37,289 nt of DNA from a virus (Duplodnaviria; Heunggongvirae; Uroviricota; Caudoviricetes): positions 1 to 37,289 of IMG/VR virus record IMGVR_UViG_3300041955_000143. One strand, 5' to 3'. Positions within the stretch are counted from its first letter, which is position 1, and the number at the start of each line of letters is the position of its first letter. Below, piece after piece: positions 25,530 to 31,452 of this stretch. The translations under genes and the position numbers were made by a program. The notes beneath the pieces were generated by a model, which was not told where the DNA came from, did no database searches, and was given only the letters and a program-made list of their open reading frames with translations.

Positions 25530-25862
25530 CTATGGACGTTGTGCTTTCTTGTCCGCCCGGTCGGCCGCACGGTTCTCCGCCGCTGTTTCCCAGCGCTCGC
25601 CCTTGCCGAGTTTATTCGGGTCGCCGCCGACATTGGATTCCTTGACCAGATCCGGGTCGGCCGCAGCTTTCGGTTTCTGAACCTCTCCCAATCGCTGACA
25701 AGCTCGATAAGCAAGAATGGCTTTCCGCGCCGCCACCCTCACATTCTCGCAGCGCTCCGGATGACTATCCCAATCGAGAGCGTGTTCGTTTCCGTCATCC
25801 ATGGCCTTCGCTACGAAAACGATCTCCTCATCGGTGGGGATTGCGTCTGTTTCTTTTGCCAT
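25530..25862 (-). CDS. Hypothetical protein (110 aa)
   Basis: GAAGGA SD; EEIVFVAKAM...W...RVAARKAILAY resembles small accessory phage proteins. Confidence 0.55.
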   Translation of the reverse strand: MAKETDAIPTDEEIVFVAKAMDDGNEHALDWDSHPERCENVRVAARKAILAYRACQRLGEVQKPKAAADPDLVKESNVGGDPNKLGKGERWETAAENRAADRADKKAQRP

Positions 25863-25867
25863 TGTCG

Positions 25868-26869
25868 CTAGTCCTTCTCCGGGGCTGAAAGGGCCTCAAT
25901 TCCAGTGCCGTCCGACCACGAATCGATGATGTATTTGATTGTAGCCCAACCAACTCGGAAAGGGTTGCCGTCACGGTCGAAAGTACGAAGTTCGCGACCG
26001 TCTACCACCTCCAAGCGGATTGCGCAGTTCTCGTCCACCTTGATGAGGCTATCGCGGCTCTCATCAAACGATGTGAAATGTCCAAAGTATTGGACCTCAG
26101 CGAGCAACCGCGCGACGCGCGTCTCCGCCAAAGTGGCAAATCGCCCTAAGTGGAGAGACTTTTTGTCCACAGAGATTGTTGCTCTGTAAGCATTTCCGTG
26201 TCGCGAAACGCCAGGGAAGCCGGTCGTGCTCTTCGGATGGAGCCTCTTGTTGTGGCCGTTCTGACTCCTATTGGCTTCGCGTAGATTGCACCAACGATTG
26301 TCGTCGCGGACGTTGTTGATGTGGTCTATCTCGTCGACGGGCCACTCTCCCGTCATGTAGAGCCACGCCAAATGGTGTTCTAGATACTTGTTGTAGTCGA
26401 GACCGATTTGGCGATAGCCAAACCCATGAAGTCCACCGGCCCGTTCGCCGGGGGTCGACATGGACGACCTGATGCGCCAAGTGAAAAAGCCACTTTCTGG
26501 TTCGTAGTGTAGCAATTCCTTTAGCCGCTCTTGAGTAAGCGACTGCTTTGCAACGGCTTCCTTATCCCTTTCGTTGAGAGCCAAATTGGCAAGCCGATTA
26601 TTGGTCTTGATGCCGTCCAAGTATTTCACGCGGCTTGGCCACTCACCGTGAGTGTACGCCCAAGCCAGCGCACCAGCGTTGTAGTTGACCCCATCGACTC
26701 CAAGCATGACGTATCCGAGTTCCGTTATCCTTCCGGCTCCTACTTTGCCGTATTTTCTCGCCTTCGTTTGGCGCGTCTCAACCTTCCTCGTAAAGATTCC
26801 GGTCTCAGCGTCGTAGTCGAAAAGTTCCTTCAGTCGTTCTTGCGTCGGGGTCGGCTGCTTCCGTGTCAT
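25868..26869 (-). CDS. Homing endonuclease with tandem HNH-type modules (first degenerate) and AP2 domain
   Basis: ATG 26869 after GGAGGA SD; TQERLKELFDYDAETG and TQERLKELLHYEPESG; only second module keeps IDHINNVRDDNRWCNL; FPGVS..YRATI...LGRF. Confidence 0.9.
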   Translation of the reverse strand: MTRKQPTPTQERLKELFDYDAETGIFTRKVETRQTKARKYGKVGAGRITELGYVMLGVDGVNYNAGALAWAYTHGEWPSRVKYLDGIKTNNRLANLALNERDKEAVAKQSLTQERLKELLHYEPESGFFTWRIRSSMSTPGERAGGLHGFGYRQIGLDYNKYLEHHLAWLYMTGEWPVDEIDHINNVRDDNRWCNLREANRSQNGHNKRLHPKSTTGFPGVSRHGNAYRATISVDKKSLHLGRFATLAETRVARLLAEVQYFGHFTSFDESRDSLIKVDENCAIRLEVVDGRELRTFDRDGNPFRVGWATIKYIIDSWSDGTGIEALSAPEKD

Positions 26870-26872
26870 CGC

Positions 26873-26925
26873 GTCCTCCATTGTTTAAGGAGGACATTTG
26901 TAACACGTTACCACTCCATTCGCAA
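26873..26925 (-). promoter_or_regulatory. RBS-sequestering hairpin plus overlapping promoter and palindrome for the endonuclease gene
   Basis: GTCCTCC-TTAAACAAT-GGAGGAC (26873-26895); TTGCGA-N17-TACAAA (26925-26897); palindrome GTAAC-GT-GTTAC (26900-26911). Confidence 0.65.
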
Positions 26926-26989
26926 GTGTTTTCCTTCGTAAACCGACAACTCAGTAGTAACTCGATTAACTCAGAAACGCTAGCGAATA

Positions 26990-27916
26990 CTAAGCTGTAG
27001 GAGCCGAACCGTAGATGCTCCGAGGTTCGTTGAAGGAAAACGAATATCTTTCCCATCCCTTCACTAGTAAGTTATCTGTGGTAAAATCCACTTGGAGGTC
27101 CACCTCAAACGGTTCCCTTTCGAGATATAGCAGGCCCGGCTGATCGGTTTTGATGTACCAGGGATACGGGGAGGTGAAGAACACGTTCTTGACGTAGTCG
27201 GTGATGCCGCCGGCTACGGATCCGATGACGTTCGGATCGTTCATGGCGGTGCCGGGACGGAGCTCGGCGCGGAGCAGGCGGAGTGCCACTGGCTCATTGT
27301 TGGGATGGATGACCAGCGTTTTGCCGGTTGCCATCATGCGGAGGCCGGCGTTGTCGTAGAAGCCGGTCTGGATTGCGATCATCGCGTTAAGCAGGGACGA
27401 CTCGTTGAGGTCGACGGCGGTCGTCGGAGTATTGGCGAAGGTCGTCGGACCGGAACCGCCTGCGGGCAGCGGGTGGACGGCGCTCAGAAGCGGCTGGCCG
27501 TCGCCGCCGATCGCGGTGTCGTAGACGGTCGAGTTGTTGAACACCGCGGCGCCGTAGATTTCCTTGGTCTGAGAGAATGAACGCTGCAGGCCGAGGTTGG
27601 AGGGCCGGAACTGCGCCTTGTAGAGGTTGTCCGCGATGGTGTTGCGGGTGATCGCATAACCCAATCCAACGCCGACATGCAGTTGGTTGTAGACAAAGGC
27701 TTCGCCAGATGCGTTATCGAACTGGGTCTGGCCGCCGTCGGTCTTGAGCTGCGCGAGCGGCAGGAAGCGCATCGAAGCCGTGCGCTCCTGTGCCATTTCC
27801 GACTTGCCTTGGTCGAAGAGCTTGGGCCAGATTGCGGGCCATTGCTTGTATTCGCCGACCACGCCCCGGAGACCAGGGATGAGGAGGTCGCGTACTGCTG
27901 AGACGTTGATGGCCAT
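26990..27916 (-). CDS. Major capsid protein (HK97 fold inferred; 308 aa)
   Basis: MAINVSAVRDLLIPGL...LGYAITR..IADNLY...FSQTKEIYGAAVFNN...GDGQPLLSAVHP...DLNESSL...PWYIKTD...RYSF pattern of pelagiphage HTVC010P-like and Mu gpT-related MCPs; strongly GC3-biased codons. Confidence 0.9.
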   Translation of the reverse strand: MAINVSAVRDLLIPGLRGVVGEYKQWPAIWPKLFDQGKSEMAQERTASMRFLPLAQLKTDGGQTQFDNASGEAFVYNQLHVGVGLGYAITRNTIADNLYKAQFRPSNLGLQRSFSQTKEIYGAAVFNNSTVYDTAIGGDGQPLLSAVHPLPAGGSGPTTFANTPTTAVDLNESSLLNAMIAIQTGFYDNAGLRMMATGKTLVIHPNNEPVALRLLRAELRPGTAMNDPNVIGSVAGGITDYVKNVFFTSPYPWYIKTDQPGLLYLEREPFEVDLQVDFTTDNLLVKGWERYSFSFNEPRSIYGSAPTA

Positions 27917-27919
27917 GGT

Positions 27920-28555
27920 TCAAACTCCCAACAGCGCTTTGAATTGCTGGTTGTTGAACGCCACGATGACGTTGTTGTAACCAGAGGTGACGTCTCGCCC
28001 AGGCGAGCCGGGCGGCGATGTCACCATGTTGACGATCTTGAAGGGCGACGTGATGGTCGTGCTCGGCGAAACCACGGACATTCCGGATTGGCCGGTCGTC
28101 GTGTTCCCCACCGGGGTCGCGGCGATGTCGATCGTCTGTCCGATCGTCGCGTATCCAAGGGCGGAAGCACCGCCCTGAACCATCCATTCCGAGTTGGGGT
28201 CGTCGACCACGAAGGCGTCGACATCCGCAGCGGCATCCGATCCGGGATAGTAGTTGTTCCAGACCGTCTTTTTCTGGCTGGTCGAGTAGTAACTGCAGCC
28301 GATGAAAATGCCGACGAGGATCTTGGTGGCGCCGCTACCATCGCCGACCACCCAGGGCGTGATGTAGCCCGCCGCTCCCGATGAGTCGTCACCGGATATC
28401 CACATTCGGACGGCATCGCCGTTGTAGATCGCCGTCACGAACCCGGCTTTGATCCTGTACGGATGCGCGGAACCGGCCTGCGCAAAGTTCGGCGGCCCGC
28501 TCGCGGTGCCGACCTGGAGGAAGCCGAACGGCGATAGGACGTTAGCAGTAGCCAT
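27920..28555 (-). CDS. Capsid auxiliary or decoration protein (211 aa)
   Basis: Start re-called at ATG 28555: SPFGF...IYNGDAV...GIFIGCSY...YYPG...AFVVDDPN..WMVQ...GNTTTGQS...VIVAFNN; this family precedes this MCP type. Confidence 0.75.
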   Translation of the reverse strand: MATANVLSPFGFLQVGTASGPPNFAQAGSAHPYRIKAGFVTAIYNGDAVRMWISGDDSSGAAGYITPWVVGDGSGATKILVGIFIGCSYYSTSQKKTVWNNYYPGSDAAADVDAFVVDDPNSEWMVQGGASALGYATIGQTIDIAATPVGNTTTGQSGMSVVSPSTTITSPFKIVNMVTSPPGSPGRDVTSGYNNVIVAFNNQQFKALLGV

Positions 28556-28752
28556 GGCAAAATCGCCCCGTCTGGCTCGCTGGGCCGGCGCGGCGCAGTT
28601 CTGCCTACGAAGGTCGGTCGCCACGGCGCGTGGCAACATCGGTGCTGGATTTCGCCTTTGCCCGGCTCGGGCTGGCTTGGTCCCTTCGGCAGATCAACTC
28701 CCGGCGCGGGAGGATCGGCCCTTCGGCGCCAACAGCGTGTGGCGTCGGTAAT
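28556..28752 (-). ncRNA. Candidate structured 5' leader RNA of the capsid operon
   Basis: Four hairpins with GCGCC/GAGCC loops (28698-28712, 28660-28672, 28617-28637, 28580-28598) and a long-range helix 28683-28692 with 28601-28613; non-coding; promoter directly upstream. Confidence 0.6.
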
Positions 28753-28758
28753 TGCGGG

Positions 28759-28788
28759 AGACTATTCGGCTTCTCGCACGATTGTCAA
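28759..28788 (-). promoter_or_regulatory. Putative sigma70-type promoter of the capsid operon
   Basis: TTGACA (28788-28783), 18-nt spacer, TAGTCT (28764-28759). Confidence 0.55.
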
Positions 28789-29501
28789 GTTTTGGTCGGA
28801 TGATCGAGTCGGCCGCGCTCAAATAGCTTACAGAATCCGCTCGGATTGATCGGGGATTTGGTCGCGGTACAGGCGGGCCCAGCGTATTTGTCTGGGACAA
28901 ACATCACACAATCTTGGCATTTCCGATTCGCGAACCGCGAAGGATCGACGTATTGGACGGATTCATGCGAGAGCTTCAGCATATCCTGCGCCGCCCTAAC
29001 CCTCGCCAGCAATTTCGGATCATCGGCTAGCGGTCGCAAATCCAAATCGGTTGGCACTGTTTTCAGAGACTCGCTTTCGTCGGATCGGATGAACGGCGCA
29101 TAAACCTTTTCAACCGAACGGGGATCAAATCCGCGCCGCGCGTAATCACGTTCTTCGTACTTTGTCGCAACGGCATGGGCGATTTTGTATGGCCAGCCGA
29201 GAACGTCTTCCGCGGCCTGCTCAAATCTCTCGTGAGCGATAAGGCCGTTTTTCGTGTTCAACGGCCGCCCATCGACTAGCAAAACGGCGAAGGGAAAGCC
29301 TTCCCGCCGCAGATGACGGTCGATATAAACCGTTCCGCCGCCGATACTGCTGCTGCCCAAAAGCGGAATGTCGTGACGCGCATTGAGTTTGAAGGGCGCC
29401 GCTAAGCGAGCCTTGATTTTTGGATCACTCAGCGCCTCTGACAAAAGGTCGTCGATCTCCGACTCGGTGAGATCGTGAGAATGCCGGTGCCCCGCGCTCA
29501 T
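28785..29501 (-). CDS. HExxE-motif domain fused to C-terminal HiPIP-like four-Cys domain (238 aa)
   Basis: DIPLLGSS..G.TVYIDRH, IAHERFE, YKIAH; C-terminus QY...KCQDCVMF-x-ACTATKSPINPSGFCKLF. Confidence 0.65.
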   Translation of the reverse strand: MSAGHRHSHDLTESEIDDLLSEALSDPKIKARLAAPFKLNARHDIPLLGSSSIGGGTVYIDRHLRREGFPFAVLLVDGRPLNTKNGLIAHERFEQAAEDVLGWPYKIAHAVATKYEERDYARRGFDPRSVEKVYAPFIRSDESESLKTVPTDLDLRPLADDPKLLARVRAAQDMLKLSHESVQYVDPSRFANRKCQDCVMFVPDKYAGPACTATKSPINPSGFCKLFERGRLDHPTKT

Positions 29502-29510
29502 TTCGGGGGC

Positions 29511-29816
29511 CTAGTTGACGAGTTTCACCACCTTTGTCGATGGCTCCTCGTCTGGGGGAGTGCACACCCATTCGTGGAAGGCTTCGACATCAGCGCGACT
29601 ATCGTAGAACTCCCAACTATTAAAGCCTTCCTCATCGCGCTCCGCCATCGTCTGAATCGACACCAATACCGAGGGATTACCGGGACTTACTCCGGGTTCG
29701 TTGTGCATCTTCTGCCATCGAATCATTACGATGTCCGGGGTGACTTGCTCGATTATCTCCCCGATCTGGTGAAACTCTTCGGTCATGTGAAACACAAACT
29801 TCCCGACGAGGCTCAT
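29511..29816 (-). CDS. Hypothetical acidic protein (101 aa)
   Basis: AAGGAG SD, own promoter; no recognisable domain. Confidence 0.65.
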   Translation of the reverse strand: MSLVGKFVFHMTEEFHQIGEIIEQVTPDIVMIRWQKMHNEPGVSPGNPSVLVSIQTMAERDEEGFNSWEFYDSRADVEAFHEWVCTPPDEEPSTKVVKLVN

Positions 29817-29840
29817 GGCTGACTCCTTGGCTAGCGGCGG

Positions 29841-29869
29841 ATTATCCTTGGATTACGCCATCATAGCAA
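29841..29869 (-). promoter_or_regulatory. Putative sigma70-type promoter
   Basis: TTGCTA (29869-29864), 17-nt spacer, GATAAT (29846-29841). Confidence 0.55.
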
Positions 29870-29891
29870 CGGGGCGGCCGAAACCGCCCCG
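29870..29891 (-). terminator. GC-rich hairpin, probable intrinsic terminator
   Basis: CGGGGCGGT-TTCG-GCCGCCCCG about 30 nt after the stop at 29919; weak T tract on minus strand, A tract on the other side. Confidence 0.6.
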
Positions 29892-29918
29892 CAAAATCAT
29901 CGCCAATCCACTACGCTC

Positions 29919-30338
29919 TTAGCCGACGACTTCGAGCCTGCGCTGATCTTCGGCTTCTTTCTCGGTCCGTGGCTCGGCCGGCAGTTGTAGCACTGTCGCC
30001 GTCTGTCCTGGTACAAGGTCGTGGATCAGCGCCGTCGATCCGTCAGGGAACTCCAGCGCATCGTGGTGCACATGCTGGTGCTCTTTGTTAAGCTGGCGGA
30101 AGATAGCAACCTTATGGGGAACTTCCTTGTCTGTACCCCACAGCAGGTAGCCAGGGACGGCAATCTTCACGTTTTCGTCGAAGGCGATCTCCGTACCTGG
30201 GAGACAGCAGATTGCGGTCTTACAGTCATCGGCGGCCGAGAGACCGTGGGTGACTGCGTTATCGAAAACCGTAGTAACCAATTTGTCGCCAATGGCAGCT
30301 TTGCGAGAGGCGACGCTCATTAGGCTATAATCGCAAAT
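29919..30338 (-). CDS. Conserved alphaproteobacterial hypothetical protein, apparently starting at ATT (139 aa)
   Basis: AGGAGG at 30349-30344, 5-nt spacer, ATT-TGC-GAT-TAT-AGC-CTA = (M)CDYSL, the N-terminus I recall for this family (..GDKL.T..F...CCLPGTEIAF...FRQ.N....HHDALEFPDG). Confidence 0.7.
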   Translation of the reverse strand: MCDYSLMSVASRKAAIGDKLVTTVFDNAVTHGLSAADDCKTAICCLPGTEIAFDENVKIAVPGYLLWGTDKEVPHKVAIFRQLNKEHQHVHHDALEFPDGSTALIHDLVPGQTATVLQLPAEPRTEKEAEDQRRLEVVG

Positions 30339-30396
30339 GGAAGCCTCCTATTTGGCTAGAGGTGATAGCCTTTCCCTGTGGAGGATGGCTGATTCG

Positions 30397-30425
30397 ATCT
30401 TACCACATCTAAGCGGGTTACTGAA
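30397..30425 (-). promoter_or_regulatory. Putative extended -10 promoter
   Basis: TTCAGT, 17-nt spacer ending TGG, TAAGAT (30402-30397). Confidence 0.45.
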
Positions 30426-30486
30426 CGCCGTGCCGCTCTAGGATGCTGCGGACGCGCTCTTTGCGGTCGGCGACGTGCAAAGGCTC
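30418..30486 (-). pseudogene. Orphaned original 3' end of the polyvalent-protein gene
   Basis: Reads EPLHVADRKERVRSILERHGVQ-stop, homologous to KPFEHVRSRQERVQDILKRHGVF at 31466-31528; abuts the endonuclease stop codon. Confidence 0.8.
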
Positions 30487-31452
30487 TCAGAACGGCAACG
30501 CCATCTGTGCCTCACCGTCGCCTCTGGCCTTCCGAATATCCTTCCATAGTTGACTTGTCTTTATTCCGCCACGCCGCGAAAATTCTGCTCTCGTCTTAGG
30601 ATTAAAGATCCCCCTGCCCTCAGCGATCTGTTTTTTAAGCGCATCCCGCATTTTCTGTGTAAACTTCGGCTTCTTTACCAAGCCTCGATAATTCAGAGGC
30701 GCTTTGAACGCGAGGTCAGTTGGCCATCCTCTTTTGAGGCGCATACGCGCAATCTTCCGTTCGATATGGTATTTTTTACACGCAGTAAGAAACGGCATAG
30801 TCACACCCTCAACGGTAACATCAAAAGCACTCGCTGGATGAGTCGCCCAGTACGCTCTCATCTTGGCCTTAGTCTCATCGTCGTGTTTCATGCCTTTTTT
30901 GAAGTGAGGTTGCCACCCATCGGCCAATAATTTTTTCTTCCCCGCGCTTATATTAGCCTTGTGTTCTTCGGAAAATGGACCTCGTTTTTTTCCTTTAAGT
31001 TTACCTTTGAGAGCCGCGCTAATGCGAGCGCATGTTTCTGGAGATCGCTTTAGACCAAATGACGGATGATTTTCTCCCTGATTGCGCTCTTTGCTTTTTA
31101 TTGAGATCTTTCTCCTTGTTTCCTCTGGAAGCGTTCGCCCAGTTTGATTTTTAATAAATTGATTTCGTAGCCAACCATACAACTTGTTGCCCTTCCTCCC
31201 ATTGCCAACTCCGTTACCGCCTCCAGTCATTGCCAGAGCGGCCCAGATCAATTTCCCATTCCCAGGATATATTTTGACGAGCAGTTGATGCGCGACATAA
31301 TGCTCTTCTGGGGTCAGACGAACGAGATTTTTCAACTCGTTTGAACCACCCAAGCATCGCGGTTTGACGTGATGGCGTTCAGTGCGGACTGATAACGCGC
31401 CACGCGACCTAGCTCTTCGCATCAAGCGATTGTAAATTCTTCGATAATTCAT
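30487..31452 (-). CDS. HNH homing endonuclease (T4 MobD/MobE-like N-terminus) with NUMOD3-like repeats (321 aa)
   Basis: Start re-called at ATG 31452: MNYRRIYNRL...TERHHVKPRCLGGSNELKNLVRLTPEEHYVAHQLL; repeats LPEETRRKIS, RSPETCARIS, FSEEHKANIS, HDDETKAKMR. Confidence 0.9.
   Translation of the reverse strand: MNYRRIYNRLMRRARSRGALSVRTERHHVKPRCLGGSNELKNLVRLTPEEHYVAHQLLVKIYPGNGKLIWAALAMTGGGNGVGNGRKGNKLYGWLRNQFIKNQTGRTLPEETRRKISIKSKERNQGENHPSFGLKRSPETCARISAALKGKLKGKKRGPFSEEHKANISAGKKKLLADGWQPHFKKGMKHDDETKAKMRAYWATHPASAFDVTVEGVTMPFLTACKKYHIERKIARMRLKRGWPTDLAFKAPLNYRGLVKKPKFTQKMRDALKKQIAEGRGIFNPKTRAEFSRRGGIKTSQLWKDIRKARGDGEAQMALPF

Noticed and set aside
25868-26070. Possible relic of the MCP C-terminus in the extension of the double-HNH protein (SFDESRDSLIKVDE vs VDFTTDNLLVKGWE)
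   Set aside because: Similarity too weak to distinguish from chance
30487-31452. Group I intron or intein explanation for the endonucleases
   Set aside because: Flanking genes are complete without splicing, no P/Q/R/S core or intein Cys/His-Asn ends are evident, and the duplicated gene tail explains the 31.4-kb case
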